Below, in pieces: positions 1-11,163 of a stretch of 64,000 nt of DNA. The translations under genes and the position numbers were made by a program. The stretch is taken from sequence record PP813861.1; one strand, 5' to 3'. The notes below the pieces were generated by a model. That model searched no databases. It was not told where the DNA came from and was given only the letters and a program-made list of their open reading frames with translations. How positions within the stretch are numbered: the stretch's first letter is position 1; each line of letters starts with the position of its first letter.

Positions 1-2
1 GT

Positions 3-3000
3 GTACGCGAATATGCTAAACTTCAGTCACCTAAGTTGCATGCTCTAAATAAACTTGATCTACCTTTCGAATCCATTTATCAGTTCTTCGATGGTAATAA
101 TGCAGTAATGGGTCCTAGTCAAACAGACCCATTATTCTCCAAACATCAAGGTAAAGTATATATTGAGCATGTTACTGATATGCTTACATTTGAAGGTAAT
201 CCACGTAGGACTTCAAATATCCCAGCAACAATGATTCAAGAGTTTCGCCGCCAGAACCGTTTCTTTAAACCTTTACGCAGTGATACCGGTTTTAAATTAT
301 CAAACCAGAACATTCTGGTAATGAATTATAATTTAATTAACCCTCAATGGAATTATATGGCTTCTTATAAAGCTACATGGTTCCGTTGGTCAAATGACAT
401 GCGTACATTCTGGAGTGGCGTAGCGGCTGCATGTGAACGTTTTCCTGGTTGGAACCAGTTCATTGATGTACACTTACCTGAGTTAGTTCCACCTCCTTCT
501 TCTTTTAATAAACTACGAGGGGGTTTAACTCAAGATCTAGCTAATCAATTCAATACACCTGATATTCTAAATATATTTGATTTAGTTCGCTGGGTTTCTG
601 ATGATCGTGAAAGTTCTTTCATGAATGTCATCGATGCTAAGTATTACGGTAACATTAATCTTTTATTCCGTGTACAAAGTTCATTCTTTGTTATTAACTT
701 AGGGATGCTTGATCAATGGCGTCGTGATCCAGAAATTAAAGATGATAAAGGTTATGATACCCAGCAAATAGCTAGGCGCCTTATTTCACTAGTATCAGCG
801 ATGGTTGAATATAACCAAGGTAATACTTCATTAATTAAAGAAGATACGCCTATCTTTAATGAAGATATTATTGTTGATGAAGAAACTCCGGTTAGTTATG
901 AAGAAGGTGAAGCAGAAGAGGTTGAGGATGTTGAGTCTAATAACGTTGAAGAAGAAGTAACTGAAGTTGATGTTATTGATGATGTTCAATTTGACCCAAC
1001 CAACTTAACTAACTTAATTGATATTGGCGCAATTGAGGTAACATATACCCCACCACCAGAAAGTGATCTTGAGGTAACAAAGCTTATCATTGAAAAAGAT
1101 CCACTGGAATCTTCACCTTCTCGCCAAATTAAAGAAGAGAAGGAACTCATTGTAACAGATGTACCAGAAGATGAGTTATTCATCAATACTGAAGTTGATG
1201 AAGAAGATAAACTAATCGATGCCATTAGAGCTAAAGCATACGACATGTATCGCGTGAATATGATTTCTGCGAATACATTCGAGCAAGCTCAAGAAGATTC
1301 GATTATGTATCGTCGTCTACCTGATCCATTTACCGATCCTAATGATGAATCAGTAGAACCTATGACGATCGCTGAGGCGATGGAATATCATCCAGATGAT
1401 CTTAAGATTCCAGAAGACACCACTTTTGAAGATAAGCCAACCATTGTTGATAAATCAATGTTGGGTAGTAAGTTAAAAGCCATCCAACGCAAATACAACA
1501 AGGTCTTATTAAAGAAAGATATTTTAAACAGTGTGTTATCTGTTCAGAAACAAGGCGTATCAGTAACTAATTACAAAATTGAAACTGTACGCGATTCTGG
1601 TAACCATTACCAAATCCACAAAGTTACATTAAAGCCTATTCGTGGTAGAAGTTCACAAGTAATGTTCCGTATCCCTGTCATTGATAATGACGGTAGGTTC
1701 ATGTCTAATGGGGTAACATATCGCCAACGTTTACAACGTGCTGATATTCCAATTCGTAAAGTTAATCCACGTAAAGTTGCATTGACCTCTTATTATAATA
1801 AGACCTTTGTGACCAGATCTGAACGTGCTGAAAACAACTTTGATAATTGGTTAATCAGAGCGATTACCAACCGTGCATTAGATGGAAGTGATATGTCTGT
1901 ACATTCAGTTACCTATGCTGAATTAGATCAATCCAACTATGTTCTACCAAGGGTGTACACTACTTTAGGAACAGCTTTTAAAGGCTTCCATAATCACCGT
2001 AATGTGTTCTATTTTAATTTCAAAGATCGTAATGAATTCTTTGCAAAACAAGGATTACATATCGAAGATTATGAAACTGATGATTTGATAATGGTGGGGT
2101 TCAATGGCACTGATGCTATCTTGTTAGATAAGAATTCCATCTTTTACATGAAAACAGGTAATGAGCTAGAACCTATTGGTACCATTACAGATATACTTGG
2201 CTTAGATCTAACCAAAGCGCCGTTAGAAGCTATTCTAATGTCAATTGGTGGTAAAGAGCTACCATTAGGTTTCATTTTAGCATATCACCATGGCTTAAAC
2301 AATCTACTTAAGAAGTTGAATGTTAATTATCAGCGTCATCAGCGTGGTACCAGGATTGTTGTCAATAGTACGGATTATACATTAGCGTTCGCTGATGAGA
2401 TCCTAGTATTTGATCGAGCTGATTATAAAGCAATGCTTGTATTAAGTGGACTCAAACGTTATCATAAATCACTGCGGCGTTATTCTGTTTATGATTTCAA
2501 TAAACGAGATGTTTACTTCAGGGTTCTTGAAGAAGCTGGATTAAGTAATAGATTTACACGTGATATTGATACACTCTTCTCAGCATGGGTCGATCCAATC
2601 ACTGAGGGTCTACTCAAGGAGATGGGTGAACCAACTACTTTTGAAGGATTGCTTTATCGGTCTGTCGAGTTATTAACGAACGACTGGAGTCCAGCAGAAG
2701 TAGATGGTGCATATATGCGCTATCGTGGTTATGAGCGCATGGCAGGGGCTATTTTTAATGAACTCAATAGAGCGGTACGTGTATTTAATATGCGTAATGG
2801 TGGGTCAGTGCAAACTGTCGAGTTAGATCCACACGTGATCTGGCGCAAGATTGTACAAGATCCGACAGTAGCCACTATTGAAGATTCTAACCCCATTGCA
2901 AATATCCGTGAACAAGAAGCGATGACTTATCGTGGAGATGGTGGACGCGGTCCAACTTCAATGGTTGCACGTACACGTATTTACGGTGAAGCGGATGTTG

Positions 3001-4319
3001 GTGTGGTTAGTGAATCAACTGTGGACTCAGGTGACGTTGGTGTTATTGCTTACTTAGTACCTGATGCTAACTTTGTAAACATGCGTGGTGTTACGCGTAT
3101 GTTTGATCCAAAGACAGATGGGCCAGCTAGACTACTCTCAACTAGTGCACTGCTTGGTGTTGCAACCGAACATGATGACCCTAAGCGAATTAACTTTATC
3201 TCAATTCAGCAGCAGCAAGGTATTTATGCTGATGGGTATACAGTTACACCAGTTCGTACAGGCTATGAACAAATCATAGCCCAAAGGACTAGTTCTATCT
3301 TTGCTGTAGCAGCAGAACAAGATGGTGAGGTTGTAGCTATTGATGAATATGGTATCCAAGTTAAATATGCCGATGGTAATGTATTTGGATATCAATTAGG
3401 TACAGTTCATGGCACAGCAGCTGGTGTTAACTATCCACACATTCTTGTTACCTCATTAAAGAAAGGTGATAAGTTTAAACGTGGAGATACTATCACATAT
3501 AACAAACGTTATTTCTCTGAAGATAGGTATACGCCTGGGCAAGTATTATGGAAAGCCGGTTGTATGGCTGTTGTAGCATTTGATGATAACCTTGACACTT
3601 TAGAAGACGGTTCAGTTATTTCTGAAGACCTAGCTAAAAGGTTAAATACTCAAACAACTGCAATCAAGAATATCGATGTTAGGTTTGATCAGACTATTCG
3701 AGATATGGTGAAAGTTGGGGATCATGTCGACTTAAATTCAATTCTATGTATAATTGAAGATCCTGAAACAGCTGCTCACTCACTATATGACGAGGCATCT
3801 ATTGAGACATTACGCAAACTATCAGCATATTCGCCACGTGCTAAGCTCGTAGGTACAGTATCAAAGATTGAATGCTTCTATCATGGTGAAATAGACGATA
3901 TGACACCAAGTTTACAAGCATTAGCTAATACGTCAGATAAACAACGCGCTGAACGAGCTAAATCATTGAAAGAACCTACTTTCACTGGACAAGTAGATGC
4001 TAACTATCGAGTGAAAGGACGAGCCTTAGAATATGACCACATGATTATTCGAGTGTATATCGATCATGATATCCCATGTGGTGTTGGAGATAAAGGCGTA
4101 GTAGCTAACCAGATGAAAACGGTATTCTCCCGTGTAATGACTGGACGTAATGAAACTGAAGATGGCCGTAATATTGATCTACTATTCGGTAATACATCGG
4201 TAGAAGAACGAATGGTTCTATCTCCTAAAATCATTGCTACAACAACTGGTATCTTGTGGGCAGCTGGAAAACATCTTGTAGCTGTATATAGAGGAAACAC
4301 TAATGCAAAAGCTAAGTAA
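3..4319 (+). CDS. rpoB: Virion RNA polymerase beta subunit, N-terminal/middle part (phiKZ gp178-like); 5' end lies upstream of the window
   Basis: The frame is open from position 3 (VREYAKLQSPKLHALNK), so the TTG at 36 is not the true start. Beta-like motifs: RINFISIQQQQ, VVAFDDNLDTLEDGSVISEDLA, CGVGDKGVVANQMKTV, DLLF. There is an acidic insertion around aa 270-400. Confidence 0.9.
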   Translation, partial: VREYAKLQSPKLHALNKLDLPFESIYQFFDGNNAVMGPSQTDPLFSKHQGKVYIEHVTDMLTFEGNPRRTSNIPATMIQEFRRQNRFFKPLRSDTGFKLSNQNILVMNYNLINPQWNYMASYKATWFRWSNDMRTFWSGVAAACERFPGWNQFIDVHLPELVPPPSSFNKLRGGLTQDLANQFNTPDILNIFDLVRWVSDDRESSFMNVIDAKYYGNINLLFRVQSSFFVINLGMLDQWRRDPEIKDDKGYDTQQIARRLISLVSAMVEYNQGNTSLIKEDTPIFNEDIIVDEETPVSYEEGEAEEVEDVESNNVEEEVTEVDVIDDVQFDPTNLTNLIDIGAIEVTYTPPPESDLEVTKLIIEKDPLESSPSRQIKEEKELIVTDVPEDELFINTEVDEEDKLIDAIRAKAYDMYRVNMISANTFEQAQEDSIMYRRLPDPFTDPNDESVEPMTIAEAMEYHPDDLKIPEDTTFEDKPTIVDKSMLGSKLKAIQRKYNKVLLKKDILNSVLSVQKQGVSVTNYKIETVRDSGNHYQIHKVTLKPIRGRSSQVMFRIPVIDNDGRFMSNGVTYRQRLQRADIPIRKVNPRKVALTSYYNKTFVTRSERAENNFDNWLIRAITNRALDGSDMSVHSVTYAELDQSNYVLPRVYTTLGTAFKGFHNHRNVFYFNFKDRNEFFAKQGLHIEDYETDDLIMVGFNGTDAILLDKNSIFYMKTGNELEPIGTITDILGLDLTKAPLEAILMSIGGKELPLGFILAYHHGLNNLLKKLNVNYQRHQRGTRIVVNSTDYTLAFADEILVFDRADYKAMLVLSGLKRYHKSLRRYSVYDFNKRDVYFRVLEEAGLSNRFTRDIDTLFSAWVDPITEGLLKEMGEPTTFEGLLYRSVELLTNDWSPAEVDGAYMRYRGYERMAGAIFNELNRAVRVFNMRNGGSVQTVELDPHVIWRKIVQDPTVATIEDSNPIANIREQEAMTYRGDGGRGPTSMVARTRIYGEADVGVVSESTVDSGDVGVIAYLVPDANFVNMRGVTRMFDPKTDGPARLLSTSALLGVATEHDDPKRINFISIQQQQGIYADGYTVTPVRTGYEQIIAQRTSSIFAVAAEQDGEVVAIDEYGIQVKYADGNVFGYQLGTVHGTAAGVNYPHILVTSLKKGDKFKRGDTITYNKRYFSEDRYTPGQVLWKAGCMAVVAFDDNLDTLEDGSVISEDLAKRLNTQTTAIKNIDVRFDQTIRDMVKVGDHVDLNSILCIIEDPETAAHSLYDEASIETLRKLSAYSPRAKLVGTVSKIECFYHGEIDDMTPSLQALANTSDKQRAERAKSLKEPTFTGQVDANYRVKGRALEYDHMIIRVYIDHDIPCGVGDKGVVANQMKTVFSRVMTGRNETEDGRNIDLLFGNTSVEERMVLSPKIIATTTGILWAAGKHLVAVYRGNTNAKAK

Positions 4320-4500
4320 TAATGTAGCACATGGTCAGAACATTGCTGTTCTTCATGCTGCTGTTAAACTAGGTACTCAAGCAATTCTACAATCGCTTGG
4401 TGGCACCACCAGCTCCCCATCTCTGAATGGGGAGTTTTTAACTGAGGCTGATATTGCAGCAGCTTTAAACGCTCGCTTAATGAAGAACCTCAATATCTAA
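4303..4500 (+). CDS. Small hypothetical protein (65 aa) in the virion RNAP operon
   Basis: GAGGA at 4291-4295 precedes ATG 4303. The ORF overlaps the gp178 end by 17 nt and fills the gap before gp177. Confidence 0.65.
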   Translation: MQKLSNNVAHGQNIAVLHAAVKLGTQAILQSLGGTTSSPSLNGEFLTEADIAAALNARLMKNLNI

Positions 4501-4511
4501 GGAGTGTTAAA

Positions 4512-6071
4512 ATGTTCTGTAAAGAAACCCAAGCTGCGATTGTTGGCTCAGCACGTAGTCTAACTGAGGATAACCTTGTTCTAGTTATCCCTAATGAAAC
4601 ATATCCCCTTGCGGTCTTTGCAGATGGTTTCAGTGTAGATGGCAACTCTAATAAAGTTGCCCTCTCTGAAGAGCTGGAAGCATCTGTAGAAGAGTTCTTC
4701 GAGGAAGCTAACCAAGAGCAACCTGTTAGTGTAGAAGAAGAGCAAGAAGCTCTGATTGCACATGTCTGCTCATCATTACAAAAGATCCAATTCAATACGC
4801 AGAATGTTATTTGCCCTGCAATTGAATATATGGTACGTGTTTTTAATGAGCGTCAAAGCATTAGTTGTCAACCAGATGTAAGCGCTACATTCTACCACTA
4901 TAATGCAGTTCATAGTGATCCCCGCTTAACTGCACACGTTAGTACACGATACAATAATTTACAGCCGCTACCTGAGTATCGTACCTTTATTCTAGAATCA
5001 ATTGATGCTAATGAAATTATTCGGTTAGTGTCAATGGGTAATCCGCATCTAGATCAAACTGAAGTTGAAGAATGGCTACTATCTATTCCTAATAGTGCCG
5101 CTGTTATTGAAGGTGTGTGGAATTCTATCTTCAATGATGGTCGTCTTCTCATTCCAGGTGAACTTGAATATGTTGTGGGTAGGTCCTTCCCATTCACTGT
5201 TGATTCACTAGCTCTGGCTTACATGATTTGCGGTCACTACATCGATAACCCGGTTGAAGTTATTGGCGAGAGTGATGTTGACCTAGAAACATGGTCACTA
5301 ACTATTCGTAAACTACATGAGATGTTTGGATTCTATCTCAAGCGTGCTTATGAACGTCGTCAAGCTGATCGTGATGCAGGTCTACTCATCCTAGCCTCAG
5401 AAGCTAATAATGTAGTTGCTAATTCTCGTTGCAAAGTAATCATTAATGGTGATGTTGCACCTCAATTTGAATTAGCCGGTGGTGACATCCAAGCTATCCT
5501 TGGTGCAGCTGTAGCAGGTAGTAATAACATTTACCTAGAACAGATTCTTAATAACTCAGAACAGTTTATTCAACGTTGGCTATCAGTATATCCGCTGATT
5601 AAACAATCGGCTATGGATAAAGGTTTACGTAAACTACGCAATGACATTCATGAATCATTTATGGATGGTGTCATTAATACTGAACTTAAAGATCGCCATG
5701 TTAATGAACTCGAATATCGTATTAAAGAAGCAATGAGTACGATGACGACTGAAGATCTTAAGAATCCTTATATCACCTTTGGTAAACTTATCTGTAAAAC
5801 ATTCTTTACAGAAAATGTTTACTGGCAATATCTGCTAGCAGTTGATGAATTTAGTCAAATGTATCCTGAGGCCACTCTACGTGAACTCAATACACAATCA
5901 CTAATTTCACTAATGGCAGCATGGCTGTCTCAACAGATTAAAGTTGAGCGGTTCACTGGTGTTGTTGATCCTTATGCAAAACTACCAGTAAAAGAAGTTA
6001 TTGAAACTGTAGAAGATGATAGCACTGAAACTTTAGATGATGTTGAAATCGAAGAAGAAGTTTCTAATTAA
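4512..6071 (+). CDS. Virion head/ejection protein (phiKZ gp177-like)
   Basis: 519 aa with a GGAG RBS. The acidic N-terminal region has S-x-E motifs (ASVE, VSVE) typical of gp175-processed propeptides. It lies between gp178 and gp176. Confidence 0.7.
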   Translation: MFCKETQAAIVGSARSLTEDNLVLVIPNETYPLAVFADGFSVDGNSNKVALSEELEASVEEFFEEANQEQPVSVEEEQEALIAHVCSSLQKIQFNTQNVICPAIEYMVRVFNERQSISCQPDVSATFYHYNAVHSDPRLTAHVSTRYNNLQPLPEYRTFILESIDANEIIRLVSMGNPHLDQTEVEEWLLSIPNSAAVIEGVWNSIFNDGRLLIPGELEYVVGRSFPFTVDSLALAYMICGHYIDNPVEVIGESDVDLETWSLTIRKLHEMFGFYLKRAYERRQADRDAGLLILASEANNVVANSRCKVIINGDVAPQFELAGGDIQAILGAAVAGSNNIYLEQILNNSEQFIQRWLSVYPLIKQSAMDKGLRKLRNDIHESFMDGVINTELKDRHVNELEYRIKEAMSTMTTEDLKNPYITFGKLICKTFFTENVYWQYLLAVDEFSQMYPEATLRELNTQSLISLMAAWLSQQIKVERFTGVVDPYAKLPVKEVIETVEDDSTETLDDVEIEEEVSN

Positions 6072-6117
6072 ATTATCTTAATGGTTAATAATCATTAAAA
6101 CATGCAATCGATGATAA

Positions 6118-6145
6118 ACTCCGGTATTTGGAAGGATACCGGAGT
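6118..6145. other. Intergenic stem-loop without U-tract
   Basis: ACTCCGGTAT / ATACCGGAGT forms a 10-bp stem. On the + RNA two G-U pairs extend it around a GGAA tetraloop. Confidence 0.6.
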
Positions 6146-6218
6146 AATACAGCGAATATTTAAAGGTGCATGATTTTGATTAAGTATTTTAATCTTTACA
6201 TAAATGAACAATTAGGAC

Positions 6219-6947
6219 ATGATAATGGACGTACGTTCTCTTCGACGGGATCCAGAACGGGTCCACAGTCATCTAACTGATTTAGAAGATAATTCAGTAG
6301 TAACTAATGCCCCATGTAAAATACAGATTCCAGAAAGATTTACAGGAAGACATCTAGCTGTTATTGGTAGTGAAGTATTCACTATTGGTATATTTCCTAT
6401 TATTTTTAATGATGAATATTACGCAGTAAATAATACCATTGCAATGATGCGGATAAATCCAATCTCTACTGAACGCGTCCACATCAATGGTGAAGTTTAT
6501 CTAGAATTTCATTTTGATAAAGGTAGTAAGATTTTCCAGAATACTTACTTAGTTGTTAATGATACATTAACTTACTATGTCTATGATGAGTTAATTAACA
6601 AAGGAAACTTCCCTTGGTATATTAACTATTATGACAAAGCCAAATTATTTGAGACAGCTAATTTACACGCTGGTGTTAACCTTGGTGGATGGCCTACATT
6701 ACAACTTATTATTTCAACCACTCAGCGTGCCTCGGATGATATATCACAACTATATCGACATGTGTTAACTAGACACAGTGATATCGTGGATAATCCACCA
6801 GTCGACGTACCATTCCGTTCAGTTATCTGGAATACTTCAGACACAACATCAAAACTCAATGGGGCTTATTTTGATCAAGGTATCACATCAGCACTTGTTA
6901 ACCCATCTGAGTCAGTAGAGCTTATTGAAGAACTCCTCAGGACCTAA
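6219..6947 (+). CDS. Virion RNA polymerase beta-prime C-terminal subunit (phiKZ gp176-like)
   Basis: 242 aa, syntenic between gp177 and the protease. The C-terminus TSDTTSKLNGAYFDQGITSALVNPSESVELIEELL resembles the beta-prime C-terminal region. The assignment is recalled from SPN3US gp244/phiKZ gp176 work. Confidence 0.65.
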   Translation: MIMDVRSLRRDPERVHSHLTDLEDNSVVTNAPCKIQIPERFTGRHLAVIGSEVFTIGIFPIIFNDEYYAVNNTIAMMRINPISTERVHINGEVYLEFHFDKGSKIFQNTYLVVNDTLTYYVYDELINKGNFPWYINYYDKAKLFETANLHAGVNLGGWPTLQLIISTTQRASDDISQLYRHVLTRHSDIVDNPPVDVPFRSVIWNTSDTTSKLNGAYFDQGITSALVNPSESVELIEELLRT

Positions 6948-6958
6948 GGAGTTGCGTT

Positions 6959-7771
6959 ATGCAACCATATTCTAATTTTTCTGGTTTGCAACAGCGTACT
7001 AATAACCAAGTAGTTATCGGCAGTGATATGTTAGCCGGTACTAATAAAAAAGGTGTATTAGTACCTGATGCGGATGGTTACTATCTAACTCCACTAGGAG
7101 CTTATGGTACCCGAAATTCAGCTGGTATGTTCTATGAAATGGCATCCGGCGTATCTATGTTTAATCCAGACTCACCTTTAATGCGCCGTGTTAAAAAGGG
7201 TGTTCTATTCATGGAATACAAACACCCTGAACCCTATCGTAAAGATGGCACACGGATGAATGAACATGAGTACCTAATGCGAATTCGTCAAATCGATGAT
7301 GATCGTGTGTGTGCGCATATTAAGGAACTTATTCTGGTTGATTCTACAGATGAGAAAGGTCTTCCTATTAAACTAGTACTTGGCAAATGCAAACCATACG
7401 GTCCTTTTGGTAAGTACTTCGAAGCATCTATTACCAATCCTTCTCAGAATACTTATTGCTCGGTAAGGTCAATAACTCAAGATGATCCTATGCGCGGTAT
7501 CAAATATACCCGTGAGATTTCAACTTGGGATATGGTTGGGGAAGGTGGTATTTACGGTGCTAATAAATGGAATTCCCCTGCATTAGAGAACTATGAAGAT
7601 CAATTAATGGTTATCACGCCTGATACTCTATATCAGGTACAGCGTGAACGTGAACGTCAAATTAACATGGGTTTTGAATGTTCTGATATCACCAATGTGA
7701 CAGATCTAGCGAAAAGTCTTGGCTGGGATATTTCACCAGTTAAACATAGGCGCCCTGGCTTCATGCGTTAA
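6959..7771 (+). CDS. Prohead (head maturation) serine protease (phiKZ gp175-like, T4 gp21 family)
   Basis: 270 aa with motifs MEYKHPE (His), CSVRS (Ser) and TWDMVGEGG (Asp). The C-terminal PALE and GFE sites fit autocleavage. Synteny agrees. Confidence 0.88.
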   Translation: MQPYSNFSGLQQRTNNQVVIGSDMLAGTNKKGVLVPDADGYYLTPLGAYGTRNSAGMFYEMASGVSMFNPDSPLMRRVKKGVLFMEYKHPEPYRKDGTRMNEHEYLMRIRQIDDDRVCAHIKELILVDSTDEKGLPIKLVLGKCKPYGPFGKYFEASITNPSQNTYCSVRSITQDDPMRGIKYTREISTWDMVGEGGIYGANKWNSPALENYEDQLMVITPDTLYQVQRERERQINMGFECSDITNVTDLAKSLGWDISPVKHRRPGFMR

Positions 7772-7783
7772 AAATAAAAAAAA

Positions 7784-7820
7784 GACATAATGCCCTCCCG
7801 TAATGGGAGGGCTTATGCTG
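7784..7820. terminator. Bidirectional hairpin terminator, CATAA-hairpin-TTATG family
   Basis: GACATAATGCCCTCCC-GTAAT-GGGAGGGCTTATGCTG between convergent genes. The minus strand has a U-tract downstream. Confidence 0.8.
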
Positions 7821-8957
<1,137 letters not shown>

Positions 8958-8967
8958 TTAAAAACTA

Positions 8968-9894
8968 CTATTTTTTATAAGCAATAAATTTTCCAATATG
9001 CTTGAATCCCTTACAACTAATAGTAACTTTAATCGGATATTTAGCCTTCATTACATAAATTAACCTGGACATATTAAACGGCGCATAAAGTATAAAATCA
9101 TTATCTACCATTTCTTTATGGAATGCATTAATCTTATCTTGGACTAGTTTAATATAATCCTCATCATTAATAATACTTTGTTTATCTGAAATAACAATCT
9201 TATCTACAGTATCGCCTTCAGCACATAGTCTTTCATATACCTCAGTACGGATAAATGTATTAACTGCGATATATGTATTTTCTGTTACTTGTGTAGCTTG
9301 TGCACTATAAATATCACTAATACAGTAATTAGGTTTATATGGACCAAATGGATCAATAATATCTTTAATAGATACACTCTTTTTTGGTAGAACATGGGGT
9401 GTTTCTAAAAATGAAACACTGTCATGTGCATCAATATCTAAATACTTATTGACTAGTGGGGCAACGCGGTTGAATGCCTCTTCATAGATAGCATACATGT
9501 AGCCACGGTAATCTGGTAAAGACGCATAATAATTACGCTGAACAACAGTCTCGCAACTACTAACATAATTATAAAAAATATCTGCGTGCCTTAAAACATT
9601 ATTAAATTCATCTACGCCTAGAATTGAACTAATCCAACTAACATCATTATCGTGGATAAATATAGCTAAACGAAGGTTTTGCCGTTTTGGATTAGTTTCA
9701 TCTTGGAATGGATATGTTGTATATAGCTCAGTGATAGCTTGTTTAACTACATCAGGTGATTCATTGAAAAATTCTTTTGAGAATTGATCAATTGACATAT
9801 TTTGTCTTTGCTGATATAGTTCATTAATACGTGCTTCTACTTGCACAAGGAAGTTAATCTTTTTACTGATTTTAAGGCTATGTTCAGTATGCAT
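8968..9894 (-). CDS. Hypothetical protein (about 308 aa)
   Basis: Long ORF. The likely start MHTEHS at 9894 is 4 nt after the upstream stop. No recognisable motif. Confidence 0.7.
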   Translation of the reverse strand: MHTEHSLKISKKINFLVQVEARINELYQQRQNMSIDQFSKEFFNESPDVVKQAITELYTTYPFQDETNPKRQNLRLAIFIHDNDVSWISSILGVDEFNNVLRHADIFYNYVSSCETVVQRNYYASLPDYRGYMYAIYEEAFNRVAPLVNKYLDIDAHDSVSFLETPHVLPKKSVSIKDIIDPFGPYKPNYCISDIYSAQATQVTENTYIAVNTFIRTEVYERLCAEGDTVDKIVISDKQSIINDEDYIKLVQDKINAFHKEMVDNDFILYAPFNMSRLIYVMKAKYPIKVTISCKGFKHIGKFIAYKK

Positions 9895-9898
9895 TAAG

Positions 9899-10339
9899 TT
9901 ATCTCTGTTTGATTGATTTAATAACATCACAAACAATTTCAAACCATTCTTTTTCTTGAATGGTTAGGTTTGCTCCTGATAAAACTAATGGACCAAAACT
10001 TTTTGCTTTAAATAAAACGAATGGTCGACTATTAAGATTTAATAATAGGGTATCACGAAGGATATTGGTAAGTCCATCTACATATTGATACTTTAAACCA
10101 TAGTCTAATTTATAATGGGAATTAACCTCTGGTTGAAGAAAAGCCTTTTCTTTTTTACCAGTGATGAGATACATCCGAAGACCTTTGAATGAAAAGAAAT
10201 TCTCATTATCAAGTGTGGTCTTCTTCTCTTTTCCATTAAACTGAAATAGATCAGGGAGCGGTGTATTACCGCTCTGATCTACAATGATGCTATCTACAGG
10301 ATAATTATTTTGTACCCATGGGGTTTCTGGATTATTCAT
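9899..10339 (-). CDS. Hypothetical protein (about 146 aa)
   Basis: The likely start MNNPETP at 10339 is coupled to the upstream gene's stop at 10332. Confidence 0.65.
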   Translation of the reverse strand: MNNPETPWVQNNYPVDSIIVDQSGNTPLPDLFQFNGKEKKTTLDNENFFSFKGLRMYLITGKKEKAFLQPEVNSHYKLDYGLKYQYVDGLTNILRDTLLLNLNSRPFVLFKAKSFGPLVLSGANLTIQEKEWFEIVCDVIKSIKQR

Positions 10340-11093
10340 TTGAATTAGGCTCCACCCAATGAGGATCAGGTACAGGAACAATATGCACACTGTCCTCTAG
10401 TTTATCTCGAAGATTAGGATCATCAGTCCATTGTAGAGAAAGAGTGTATCTCTCCTCTTTAGGCCGTAGTAGTAGGAATCCACGTCTTAATGTATTCCAA
10501 GACATATTGGGCGATAGTAAACCACGCCTTTGTGTATTAGCCAATGAGGTAAGTTTCTTTTTATCCAATCCTACAAGGTTGACTGGATTATTTAAAAACT
10601 CTTCCCATAGCTTATCCCACTTCTCCTGGTTAATTCCTTCTTTCCAGAGAATATGCCTATACAGATGGGCCATTGTAGTTGTAGCTGGTTTTTGATTCTT
10701 AAAAATTTCACATTCTTCATAGGGGAAATCATTTGCAGAGCAAGTTACCTCATCTTCAGTTGGATCGATATTGATCGTATAAACTGAATCAGGTTTTGAT
10801 GTACCCCAAATCAGACGTACCTCTAATGTTGCTTTAACAGGTGATAAGAAATCAATAGCTTTCTTAAAGCCATCCCAACTCATTGTATCAGCTTTAAGTG
10901 CTTTATTAAGATTACCTTTATCTGGGTTATTCTTGTTATGTGGTTTTTGAAAGTATGCATTCAAACGTTTATCCCAAGCAAACTGTGTCATATTACGCCA
11001 CAGTAGTACTTCCCGGAAAACATAACACAAAACCCCTTCTGCCTGCCTTAATCCTTTTTGAGGATCGCTTAATAAGTCTTTTACAGATTCCAT
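10332..11093 (-). CDS. Hypothetical protein with an internal two-domain duplication
   Basis: 253 aa with two similar blocks, each L/Y-R-x-x-L ... W-D-K ... MSW ... L-x-W. Confidence 0.75.
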   Translation of the reverse strand: MESVKDLLSDPQKGLRQAEGVLCYVFREVLLWRNMTQFAWDKRLNAYFQKPHNKNNPDKGNLNKALKADTMSWDGFKKAIDFLSPVKATLEVRLIWGTSKPDSVYTINIDPTEDEVTCSANDFPYEECEIFKNQKPATTTMAHLYRHILWKEGINQEKWDKLWEEFLNNPVNLVGLDKKKLTSLANTQRRGLLSPNMSWNTLRRGFLLLRPKEERYTLSLQWTDDPNLRDKLEDSVHIVPVPDPHWVEPNSNE

Positions 11094-11163
11094 CTTTTTT
11101 ACACCTACGGTGAATTGATAATAAACACACTTTATATTAATTTATACTTGTATAGTCTGCACC

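Noticed and set aside
36-38. TTG start for the RNAP beta gene
   Set aside because: The frame is open to the window edge, so the real start is upstream.
986-1246. Ser-rich minus-strand ORF
   Set aside because: It is the antisense shadow of the Glu/Asp-rich insertion in the RNAP beta gene.
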